A stretch of 64,000 nucleotides of DNA from Microthyrium microscopicum (GCA_010405405.1 MU004230.1:4172282-4236281), one strand, 5' to 3'. Shown: positions 25,385 through 38,031, numbered from the stretch's first letter. The notes: generated by a model not told the origin, from the letters alone. Translations and numbers: made by a program.

Positions 25385-28300
25385 TCAGGTTACAGTCTCA
25401 GGTTTGACGTCGTTGGACGTCGCCGATCCCATCGAGGATGCTCGACCGCGTAGAGGTAAACTCATCCACTCTCGAATCTTCTCAAGTGCGAGTACGTATA
25501 TCCCGGCATCTTCAGCCTTGGACAAGACGGAGTTGTCGTCGGTTAAGAGAGCTGCTGTTTTAGGCTTGCTTCCGGAGCCATCCTTCGTATCAAAAGGTGG
25601 GTGTTGTCTGGCTCTACTTGGGAGGTCGCTAGCTCTGCGGGTGAGATGAACCAAGTTACTGTCGTCCTCGTCCTTATTGTTCTCGGGCACTTGACTCGGA
25701 GCTGAGTTTTGGAGGAGAGTAGTGACATCTTCGGCTTCCCGGTTTAATAAGCGTATCTCGTTGGGCACCTTATGAACTGCATCTTTGATCTTTTCAACTG
25801 CATCGTTGGCTGCTGCGCGGTTTGTATGATTTTCGGAGCTTTTGGCGAGTTGATTCAGTCTTGTCCATCCTAGCGTAAAACGATTAGAGAAACATTGCAG
25901 ATTTATTCGGGTAGAACGTACCAATTTCAGACACAGCGACTGTAAACTTTTGGCTAACAAGATAATCAAAGACTTTGACGTTCTTCATGATGATATTAGA
26001 ATCGACGACAATGGTAGTAAATGTCTTCACTTGTATGAACTCGCTATTTTCTGCTGGTGCTGATGATTGGGGCAAGAGCAAGTTGATTGCTGGTGTTGGT
26101 GGTGCTTCTGTCATATCGACATCTGCCGACTTGATATCTCGTTCTGCTGCTTGCTCCGCATCATCCATGTGAATGTCCTTGGAAATAGGAACATGGTTGG
26201 GTTGAATGACAAGAACGGATTCCGTGTTCACTACCCACCGCTTCTTGGATGAATCATAGAGGAGGCAGCCATACTAGATCTTGTCAGAAGGGATCAAGAC
26301 ATTTCGCCATCCAGTCGGGACTTACTTGTGCAAATTTATAGCCGATCCACAAAAGCCTCTCTTCTCGTCGCTTTTCAGTTGAAGCATGCTCTATCATCCT
26401 GACCTCATCCACATCTACTTCGTCGAACCAGTCTTTGGGATAATAAGTTTGAGTAAACATCATCCCACGCAAAAGATAGTCTTCTGGCAAAGGACCTGGA
26501 TCGCCTCGCACAGGGCGGAGAAAGTCAAAAGTCTCGTATCGACCATCATAGTCGCCCGAAGCTGAAATCATATTAAGGAGATTGCATATCTCCTCCCAAG
26601 GTACTTGCACCAGGAATTCTTGAATGTGCTGTTGTAACTCAGGGAACGTATTGGGCGCGCGAAAAAAAGAAACCAAAGCCAGAACGAAACAAGTTGATAC
26701 ATGCACGTTGGCATACGTATTTTTATCCCCAGAATGGCCAAGAACTTTCCGCAATACCATAAAGAATAAGTTGGAGGCGACCTTAAAAGAACGTGTTGAC
26801 TCGGCATCGTATTCAAAAGGACTCTTGATAGCCGAGAAGACCTCAGAGTCCTTGGAAATGTTTAACTCCTTGTGCAAATAATTACCAACTTCGAAAACGC
26901 GAAGGAAAGTGTTCTTGTTGCCAAAATCGAACAGAGCACCAATAGTGCTACCAGCAATGTAAAGACCGAACTCGCGCCATCGGGCTGTGATTCGACCGAT
27001 TTGGCCATCCAGTAGTTCTTCGAATCGTTTCGCAGGGACGTCAATACTGTCGAAGCGTCGGTAGAATATAAACGCCAGAGTTTTTATAAAGCAAGCATCA
27101 ACTTCGGGCATGTAGGTGGCTCCATCTCGGATAACCGGTTCAAAGAGTGTGGTAACTGATTCTCTAGCGCTAAGAAAAGGTTGAGCAGAAGTTAAAGACC
27201 GAGAGTACAAAAACGCTTGTTGCAAAGCATTTGGACGGGCTAGAATAGCTAAAGATTGTCAGTGTCATGATGCCAAAAGAATCTGTTTGACAGAAAACTC
27301 ACCTAAGTGGTGATATAAACGTCCGGTATTCGGCATGCGATCCGCTGCTTTGGTATACCAGTACTTCGCAACATTGGACTGTGTCAAAGTTAGAGTTACA
27401 GTCAGTGGAAGTGATCTGAGGTTTTCACTGACCCAAGTCTCCCTGTCCTTGGGGTCTTCTTCTTCCACTGCCATGCGGTACCTTGAAAGATCCCCAAGGC
27501 ACTCGATCCATGTGTCCTCAAAAGAAGGAACAGTCTCGAGGAGCAAAGACATCATCTGGTATGCGAGATATATAAACGATATCATGAATTCCAAGGATGC
27601 TGGAAGCTGGTGCCTTAGCAGTTCGAGAAAACCATGGATACCTGAAATGTTAGCATCGGGTCACGATATGTTACATGTCCCAGGTCTCTGAGACTTTCTT
27701 CTTGAACCAAAATACCACTCAAGTCACTTGAGCATACCTCAGCGACAAGAAAGGGTTTACATGAGCTATCCTTACCATGTTTCCACATCCTTGCCGGCAT
27801 GTTGTATTTAATCGCAAGCCTATGCAGTGGCGGAGCCGCAGAGGGGTGTTGACCTGTAATGGTAAGCATATATTTTTCGTCGAGGTATTGACATTCAACT
27901 AAGAAAGTTTGACAAAATGCTCATTCGCTGCATTTTGTCACACTTGCAGTATTGAAATGAACTGAACAATAACCGGGGATAGAAATAACTCACTAGCTAG
28001 GAAAAAGTCGTGATGGTCGTTAAGAAGGGCACGGTGAATGGATATCAGCGCTCTCCACGTATTCGGGGGGATGGGACCTTTTTCAGACTGAATGGCTTGC
28101 TCTCTGTCGAGTTTGATACATCGGGCTTCCAGAGATGCAAGACCATTGTAAATGCTACGAACTTCAGTGGCGAGTTGCTCCTGACTTATTCCTCTCGAGT
28201 CAGGCTGAAGAATGAGATTCGGATAGCGAGGGTCAGGAGGACATTCTATCACACCTCGCTGTTGTCGAGGAGCTGTGTGACGAGGACTAGCTAATGCAGG

Positions 28301-29045
28301 TGGTGTCGATGGTTGACTATTCATGTTGGGAGCCTTTCTCCTGCTCTCTCGAGACTTGTCATCAACATCGTTATAGTCTCTGGATGCTGGGCGGTTGGCA
28401 TGTGTGAATACACTGAACCCAGGTTCTGCCGGAGAAGGGACTGGGCGAATTGACCTTGGTCTGCTCCCAGGGCTTTGTCGACTCCCTGGTGGTAGACGGG
28501 GCCCTCTTGAATTAGATGTCGAAGGTCTAGATGGTACGATGGCGACACGAGAAGCTTCATCAAGACCAACCTGAGCCTGCCCAGCCCGGAAGGATGGACC
28601 GGGTGGCTCTTCTGTCACATCCCCTGGTGCATCGATAGTCAATTTTTGAAAGTCCGATTTGAACGAGGCTGTCTTTATTGGATGGGTCATTCCAGGTGGC
28701 CTCGCTGTACTTCCTTGACTTCTGTATTTCGTGTTAGTGACGGGTAATTCCACGGATAGTCTCATGTTGATGCGTGTTGTTAAAATCAGCGCAACCGTTT
28801 AGAGAGGGCATATATGCTCACGTATAGGGGAAAGCCTGGTGTAGCGTCTCCTTTTTCCAGGCATTCAATTCTTCAATCGAACGATTTGCCCGGAGCTCCA
28901 CTTCGTCGCTGTGGATTAAATCTAGATGACGGAGGAAGCTATCTTCATCCGACTGAGTACTTTTGAGATTACATAGCGAACAAGTCCATGTAAATGGAAT
29001 GTTGCCAAAACTCTGCGTCTCAGAGCTATGGTTCAATTGTGCCAT
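25385..29045 (-). CDS. EST1/SMG5-7 family protein with N-terminal C2H2-like finger and C-terminal PIN domain (SMG6-like architecture)
   Basis: EST1-family motifs ISQEQLATEVRSIYNGL, HRALLNDHHDFFLASQHP, YNMPARMWKHGIH, WIECLGDLSRYRMAVE, GRLYHHL and PLPEDYLLRG. After the intron at 25870-25921, PIN motifs IVVDSN and LLTDDNSVLSKA appear. Confidence 0.85.
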
Positions 29046-29757
29046 TGCTGAAGGAAGCTAATATTAAAATATTCGACTGCTTGGTAAGAGCAGATTATGA
29101 TGATAATTGGGCAAGTTGAAGGTACACAATTTTCTGTTCTCTGGCTCTTCGCATCAGTTAGAGCCTCACGCACAACGAGAGTATAACTCACGGATCTCGG
29201 TTAAGCATTTGCAGGGAACAACCCGTGGGAATGATGGTGTTAGGTGAATTAAGCCTGGTAGAATAGAGGAGTGCAAAGGTTCCGAAGATTATGGACGTAG
29301 TACGGGTTGAATTGAAAGAACTGTCAAAGAGCATTAGATGCAAGCTGGGAGTTCTACTGTCTACGCTGGAAGTTGAATCTGGCAGAAGGGAGGATTGTAA
29401 TGCATATGTATGCCTTCATGGACCATGTTCATATCCTCCCTTGACGCCTTCAGCCGAATGCCAGTTAAAGCGCCGGTGCCCCCAACGGAGAGGCCTTGAG
29501 GAGATTGCGTGGTTCGCACTTTTCTGAGGCAAAGTCGTGGACAGTTCCTACTAAGCCTCCACACCACGAAACACTCGATAAAAAGCTACAAATGCGTTAC
29601 CTGGAAAAGCTTTGAAGTGCACATGGCCAACAAGTCTCTTGTCATTCAAAGAGTGATTACTTCTTGCGGGCTTATTGCTAATGGCAGAAAATTCTCGCAT
29701 TCATGCATGAACCACTTGAAGGAGAGGGAAAAATAGTCGGCGAAAAATGTGGCGATT

Positions 29758-30101
29758 AGGCAATCGAGGTGGTGGGCAGACGAAAGGCAGCGACGCTAAG
29801 AAAAGGCAAAAATCGGTCAAGCAGTCCACAAGTCGGCTAATCAAAAACGAGGCTGGCAGAGCCTCAAGTTGTTTGATTTGACTTGCCTGCCTACTTAATT
29901 CCTTCATCCCTGAGCTGATTGATCAAAATGCTCTGCCGTGTGCCTGCAAACGAGAGACCTGCAGCACTGAGCATTGGTCATGTACTCAGTTGCCTTCTTT
30001 CATCTCTATGCGTCCAGGTAACTGGCGTGCTGGGTACTAAATCCATCACATCCTAACAGGCTGAACTGAAAATGCGAAATTCACTACATCCTATCCAGGC
30101 A
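29758..30101. promoter_or_regulatory. Cluster of 8 AGGCA/TGCCT motifs upstream of the SMG6-like gene
   Basis: Motifs at 29758, 29785, 29804, 29884, 29888, 29941, 29991 and 30097. Confidence 0.45.
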
Positions 30102-33100
30102 TCTAGGATATGTTGGGCGTCTAACGACTCCTATATCTGATAGGGCCGGGAGGTACTGGCCCCATTTACGATTCATCACCGTGTACCTGGCGGCTAGTCA
30201 GTAGCCGCTGGTAAGATTGGTCTATTTCTAGCCGTAGGCTGAGGAATGAGGCCGCTGCTGGAAGATGAAACTTTTCTATTGAATCCAGCCAGATGCTGTT
30301 CCGTCACACGACCTCGGTGTTTATCGTTTACAGGAGTACATAGTGTGCGCCTCTATTAACTGCTAACGGTCATAGAAAACAGTGCACCCGACCTCGGTGT
30401 ACTTGCCTTGTCGTAAATATACGATTTTCGCATGGACTTCATCAGCATTGGACAGGGAGGCTTGCATGAACGAAACGTGCTTGTTACAGTACAAACTCAG
30501 CCCATAACAACAATATCACCCAATTTTCTCTGATATCACAAGCAGGAAAAGAACATCTGTTCAATCACACACAAGCAATCCAGTGCAGCCCTTCTCGGTG
30601 TGTAGAGCATGTCATATCAGCAGTAGAATAGTTCTCTAGAGTATGAGGTGTTTGATGTATGCACTAGGTATGTCCCAGAGTCCGCAATTAGCCACACTAA
30701 CAGAAGAATATCCTCATAAACTGGATTCATTCTTTCAATCCATCAATGAAATCTTTTATTGCTAGGTAGCTGCATATCAGCCTGACCAGATCCCTTCGAG
30801 GTTCGGGCTCGAAAAAGGGAGAAATTGCGACATCGGGCATACTGGCCCGGCGCTTTTTCTTGCGCATGCAGCTATGTGCCCGGAAGTAGATCTATAATCT
30901 GATCGTTGACGTGTTGAACGAGGATCTGAAGATTGTGCATGCCTAATACTTAGGTACTCTTTGAGATAGCCCAAGAGAGATATAGACTTAGGGACAACAA
31001 CATTACTCGGATATTACTATGGTGATATCGTCGTGTATATCGCCGAATGCATCGGAAGTGATGCATCTATCATGTAGAGTAACCCTGAGGATATAAAAGT
31101 AAACGACCCAAAGAAAGCTTCAACCTCCAACTGGATTGAAGAACCAAAATAGCATTGGTGTACTATCACATAAATTACACAGATTGGAATTGCGGGGCGT
31201 CATGCGTTGGCAAGATTTCTCTTGACCTCGAGACACTTTGATACTCTTTGGACCTCAGGTAGACAACAAGAGAGACATTGCATAGGGTCAAATGAATTTG
31301 ATTTGCTGTTAGCTTGAACGTCAAAAGCTTAATACCCCCAGAAGGCGTGGATGTGGCCTCCAAAGTAGCCAGGAGTATGACGAGGAGATTGATAGAGCAG
31401 TTGGCCATCAAAAAGTGAGGCAGACGATAAGGAGCACCATTTGGGTATGGATGGGTAACCTCTCCGATTGATTGGATCATACTTCTAGCTTTCGACGTTT
31501 ACAGAAGCTTGCATACATACCTAACTAGGTAGTTTCCGATGCATTGCAGCAAGTAGACAACCAGCGACTGTTGATCAAACTACACAATCAAAGCTTTCTG
31601 CAATCATGTCGTGTTGTTGCAGGTGGAAGGACTTTAGAAAAGTTTCAGGAGAGGTTCATTATTTAGCATTGCTCCTTTGGTTTACGTCTAGCTCATTATT
31701 TCATATATCAATTGCTCTGACAAGTCATGCGTTAAAATTAGAGAGTTGGGAACAACACACGTGTATCAATAATATAAAGGAGGTCGGGGATCTTCTTCTC
31801 GCCATAAAACATCTAGAAGTATGCTCCGAATTTGTGTAATAGATTTTGAAAGTAATCAGGGCCTCTGCATAGCATATTTGAACTTTCTTTGCCAGTTATT
31901 TCTATGACTATTGTATTTGATAGCACTTGACATCTTGATTGCGCTCTACTGAGGCTTACACTACCCTTTAAGGTTTATATTGGGAAGTGAGGGAGCAATT
32001 TGCTTAGCATTGTATAAAGAAATGGTCCTGAACTGGGCTTGACATTACTCTCGACCACTATGAACAGTGACTGCGTGTAAAAGATTGGTTGGTCGTCACT
32101 GTCGCTCTATACTCATTCAGGGTCCTATCAATTTCGCCCTAGAGGGAGAGAACCATTTCTTACCTGTATCTTGATGTGTTTGGCTTAGAAAGGATATGTT
32201 AGTATTTTGGGCGTAGCACCGTAACCTGGGAGTGTATGAACTAATTGATAGGGAGAATACTGACTGCTCTATCTCTTTGCTCAAGTACTGAATGCCTGTG
32301 ACCCAACCAGTGGATTCTCGAATATCTTTTTTATATGTGCATAAGTAAAGTCCATTTCCACTCGTAGCTTGGAGAGCAATAACCAGCATGCAGAACTCTA
32401 CCTAGCTTGAATTTTTCATTGCAAACATACTGCATGTTGTGCTTTTACCGATGGGAATATCTGTGTCACAGGTCATCAAAGCTTCAAAAAAGCGTATTTG
32501 CGCGTGTCATCAATCTTTCAAATACCTACAATGTCACCTTTCTTGACAGTATATCAATGGAAAGCGAACATCAAGACAAACATTATTTCTTAAGCTGTCT
32601 AGTACTCGCCAAATAAGAACCGACTTCATGTTATGCATGGTTCTAGCAAGCAGCGATTTCCCTGTTTAGAACGAGTGACTTCTTCGCTCATTACTCTATA
32701 CCCAAATGCACGCAACCCAAAAACCCAACTTGAATATGATGTTGAAGTATATGGCCCAAGACAAGCTGTGGTACTAAGGCAACTTGTACCATGTCAGGTC
32801 TTGTATTCTTTGAGTCCGTACGTAGCACACTTGTTACGGCGGGTTGCGGGAAGCTACACATTGTCTCAAGTTGGTAGCCATACACGCTGGATGCCCCATT
32901 TGACTGCAATACTAAACATTTGGGCTCTCTAGCCTAAATGAAACCGTTTAGAGGTTTCGCCTTAGTCCCTGGTAGATTGAGAGGCCTCAAGCTCATCCGC
33001 TCGCTGGGGACTTGTTGTCTGTCGTGTCAGTGAGAAGCATGCCGGCCTTTTCGCGGCACGACTAGCGTCTAGGTAATCTCACGCCCTGCTGTAGCCTAAG

Positions 33101-35809
33101 TGCAAGCTATCTCTGGTCAGCGTAAGGCAGTTGCCGCAATTCAAACAGCTTCAGAAGCATCCAATAAACGTAGTACACATCTGAATCAGACAGCAGCTAA
33201 GCGGACGGATCTGTGCAAGGGCCTCTGTCACGGTCAGTAAGAAACGTACGTTGTGAAGAAGAGGGACGATTAAAATGGAGAATGAAGCAACATTCGGTTG
33301 CCTTTTCGCAGAGTTTGATTGTTCGTAGCTTATCAGATTGCAAGCTACGGGGATGAAGCGATCACAGCTGGGAGTGCTAGCACAGATACAAACATTCAGG
33401 AGGTCGGGTAGCCAACGGCCTTCTCACCGACAAGAAGGCAAAGCGGACCTAAGGCTCGTTTAAGCTCAGTACGGTCTCGATTGGCTCTGGTATGGCGGTT
33501 GAGTTGATTGATGGCAACTTGGCAAGAGCAGGTCGCGTCAAGAAGAAAGTCGGTGTGTCTGGACTCTGCGTCGTCTACGAAGGAAGCCACACAGACGCTT
33601 TGAGGCTCATTCTAGCTCCCGTGGACCAGCGGCCTCAAAGAGCTCATATTTTAGCCTCGTGATAGACAAAATAGCGCAGGGTATGTGCATTCGTAGATGA
33701 CACAGACCATTATTCGCCAGCTGGTGGCTGTCAGCAAATTCTGCTCATAATGATACATTCCCTGCTCATCCAACAATACCATCAAGTTAGCAGTCAGACT
33801 CGACAAGCGTTCAGAGTCTGTGGTGAAGCCTCGGTTGGAGCTATTGTCCGTTTCTTCGAAGCGTGGGCGTAGGGACCACCATGTCAAGGATTACCATGTG
33901 AGACAGGGGAATAAGATTCGGAAGTTCATCATCACTCCTGAGCGCCAATGGCGTCGTCCCGAACTCATAACATTTTCGGTTAGCATAGCCCGAACTTTAG
34001 GACGAAGAACTTAAGAGGCAGGTTACAGAAGGAGTACACTGTAGGTCGCATCGTGAATCCTTACAAGGCTCCAGTACTGCAGTCGGACAAAACCATCGCT
34101 ATTGGTCTCTTCATTCGTAAGATCCATTGTTTCCCAGCTCATTTAATGACGACTCAGCACCAGGGAGTTGTGATATACAATGTTATTGGATGAATTTACG
34201 AGCCTCTAAGGTTTATATGGTATGCGAAGCCGTGAGGATGGGACAGACATTGTCAGACCCTTTAGAAATGACGCATCAAATTATACAACTGCCTAAAGAA
34301 GATGGTGGGTGTCATATGTAACGCAGCTTCTTTTGATGAGGAAATATATGTATGGAGGTAGGCAGTGGGCGCACTATACAAGTTTCTAATTGAAGTTGAG
34401 GAACTGTGGCGATTGCGTGCGTACGGAGTAGTATGGAAGCCTTGAGATACAACAGACCAGCAGACATCAGGAGTTTAATGGAATACAGGTAGGTATAATG
34501 ATAGTTAACCGCTAGCATTCTGCCAACATGTGGCGGCTTTTGCCTTTGGGGTGGCAATAGTATCGATCTGATAGGAATTCTAACTCGGATGAATATGCCA
34601 TGTAGAGCCGTGCGCATGGTCTGTTGTGTTCTGCGCGCATGATGATTCTCTGTATCGGTGGCTCCGAAAATACCTCAAAGAACTGGAGATGCAGTCGTCC
34701 TCACTAATGCCTATCCGGAGAACCCCTATTGGACTCTTGAGTACCTAGATCGAGCAAATAACTGAAGAGACTTCTCTCATCTTTTTGCTGCACCATTTTG
34801 CTCAGTTCTTTTGGAATAGACCCTTTGACCAGCATATGATACAACTGCGCTCACCATACTACCTTACAAGAAAAGCCGGAGATGGGTGTAGTTCTGCGGT
34901 TAGTAGAGTAGAACTGCTAAAGATTTTTTTGAGGTAACAAAAGCACAATGAGGCGCAGCAACGCCCCGACGAACCATGATGCACCAGACAGTTCTCGATA
35001 ATACTCACGAATCTGTGGTGACTGTTGTCGTGCCATTGTTTTCCTAGGATCATAAGACGCATCCTTCACGTTCTGAAAATGCCAAAACTCATGATAATAG
35101 AGTAAATGGTGAGTGAGGAGAGGTCAAATTTGGCATAGCAAACGGCTTGTAGAAAAAGCAACACCCAACCAATCAGAACGAGAGGCATAACTTGAGGCTT
35201 AGAATGCGCTAACTTCAAAGAGAATGCGCCCGTTGTCCCGGAAAGGACGTAGAGTTGACTCGATTCTAAGTCGTCAGAATAAGCGCGCCGCTTGAATATG
35301 GACAATCGAAGCATTCTTGACATCTACTATAATAATGCTTGACAAATGAAATAAGACATACCATGAACTCCAAGAGCATTCTCTTGCTTCTTAATCATCT
35401 GGAAAGAAATTAGAACTGAAGATTGTCAGATATCGTAACTCATTCGAGCTGCTCGACTATTTTGACGCCAGAAAGATCAATCCATCTACAAAGCAGATGC
35501 AAGATAAGATAAGATAAATGCTTACCCCTGTTAATCCAAATATGAATGATGATTCATTGGTTCGATGGGCAGCCATTTTCAACACCATGATCCTACCGTA
35601 TCCTGGCATGATATATTAATTTCCACGCGATCTATGAACCACCAAGCACCTCCACATTTCGCTCGTTGACCTTGCCATGGACTGTCTATTGAGAGCTCAC
35701 ACCCGATTCTGTTCCTGCATATCATAGCACCCATACAACTGAGCAGTCTGCGCGACCTTCCATCATTCATTACCCGATCTCCGCGCTTCTTCGACTTCGA
35801 TCGCCCCTC

Positions 35810-37451
35810 ATGCACACCTCCACTGAAGTCGACTTCCGATCGCGAAACGACGAGCTAGAAAAGCTTCGCATGAACCACCATGAGGCCGATATAGTCATTG
35901 TTGGTGCTGGCATAGCTGGATGCGCATTGGCGGTAGCATTTGGAAAACAAGGACGAAGCGTCGTGCTCCTCGAAAGAAGCTTGAAAGAGCCTGACAGAAT
36001 TGTTGGAGAGCTGTTACAACCGGGTGGCGTTAGAGCTTTGGAGAAGCTTGGGTTACGAGGTAAGACATTGCTTCATGGATATATCTTGCTCCATGGAGAT
36101 ATCTCAGTCCATGATATTGCTTGCTAACGATATCAATCAAGACTGTTTGGAAGGAATAGACTCGATACCCTGCCATGGATACGAAGTTATATACCACCAA
36201 AATCCTGTTCACATACCTTATCCTCCCTACATGGTCAGCGAGAGCGGCGAAGCACCAGAAGGCCGATCTTTCCATCATGGCAGACTGATAGCAAATCTCA
36301 GAGAAGCCGCACACAACACAGCAAATGTCACCGTCATAGAGTCGACGGTCACTAGCTTAGTAAACGACGAATATACTGGACAAATTTTGGGGGTGCAATG
36401 TAAAACGGCTGGAGCAAAAGACTGTGTATGTCACAACAAGAGACACGTACTGAATAGCGGCACTAACAACTACTAGTTCTTCGGGTCATTAACAATAATC
36501 GCTGATGGATCGAGTTCCAACTTTCGAAAATTCCACAGCAAGGATGCTCCAGTGGTGCGATCACGCTTTTGGGCTCTAGAGATGATCGATCCAGTGCTGC
36601 CCAGAAAGTATCACGGCCACGTACTGCTCGGCGATTTCTCACCTATCCTCATCTATCAAATCGGCACGCATGAAACGCGCATCCTGGTTGATATACCGCT
36701 TGACTCACCGACAGCGACACCTAAAGCAGGAGGCGTTCCGAATCACATGCGTGAAGTAGTTCTTCCGGTTCTACCAGATGGCGTGAAGGAGTCATTTTCG
36801 AAAGCTCTTGAGGCTGGTAATCTTCGAAGCATGCCTAATCAATGGCTTCCGCCGCGAACCAACAAACTTCCCGGAGCCCTCTTTATCGGCGATGCCTTCA
36901 ACATGAGACATCCACTGACCGGCGGAGGTATGACTTGCGCATTCAACGATGCTGTCCTTCTATCTAACCTCCTTTCGCCCCAAAACGTGCCGAGTCTCAA
37001 TAACACTAAGCTCGTATTGAAGCAACTAAAGACTTTCCACTGGAAGCGTAAGGATGTCACAGCAGTCATCAACATCCTAGCTCAGGCTCTGTACAGCTTG
37101 TTCGCTGCTAACGGTAAGTTTGGCCCCATGGTTCACAAAACCAGTCATCGTATGCATGCTAACTGTGATCTAGATGACAACCTTCGCGCATTGCAGGCAG
37201 GCTGCTTCCAATACTTCAAACTAGGCGGCAACTGTGTTGACGGCCCTTGTGGCCTCCTCGCCGGTATAATCCGCAATCCTCTCGTATTGATTGGACACTT
37301 CTTCGCAGTAGCGGTATATGCTATATGGATCGATGCTCGCAAGTATCCAACCATATTACTACCCTTCACCCTTCTGATACGAGGCGTGGTCCTGCTCTAC
37401 ACCGCATGCGTAGTCATCTTTCCGTATATATTTGCTGAGTTACGGAGCTGA
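35810..37451 (+). CDS. ERG1: Squalene epoxidase
   Basis: FAD motif IVIVGAGIAG, plus EPDRIVGELLQPGG, GRSFHHGR, GDAFNMRHPLTGGGMT and C-terminal membrane segments. Three introns. Confidence 0.97.
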
Positions 37452-38031
37452 TTGTGCGGGGTGTACGTTTTTGACTTTGCATTTATCCGGTGTTCAATCT
37501 CTTGCATGACTGCATGGCTGCATGTGGTGGTTTTAGCCCCATCAGGCTGAAGCGAAGGCTGAAGGCTGAACTCGTTAGCTGCATAAAGAGGCCACAGCCT
37601 AGTCTGAGGCTGGCTTCCGGTGTATCGTGTAAGATATCACATTATCTTGAGTTATCAATAATAATAATACAAGCATCAATTCTTGAGATAAGGAAAGTTG
37701 GACCATTAAATTAAACTGCTCAGCTTTCAAATTCTTTTCAGCGCCAATCATGAAGGCATGAAAAAAGGGGTATCATATCCAAAGTAAGCAAACAAATAGC
37801 CCACAACACCTAAACCTGACCTTGACAACCGAAATAAGTGGTGTTTATGCTTCTTGCAAATCCGCAATAAGACTATCTGAACAAGCCTCGTCCGACGTGC
37901 GTGTAGTCTACACAACCTCGTTCCAAGAACCCGTTCCAAGCGACTACCAGTCTATGTAGCAATCTGATTTGAACGCCGCTGGGGCATGATCCATAAGAAA
38001 GAACGAGATCATTGTTTCCATGTGGTGCCCA

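Noticed and set aside
36060..36141. Short repeated CATGGA.ATATCT units in ERG1 intron 1
   Set aside because: It looks like a small local duplication, too short and imperfect to assign a function.
35810..37451. ERG1 as part of a triterpene biosynthetic cluster
   Set aside because: No cyclase, P450 or transferase genes are nearby, and the neighbours are core genes.
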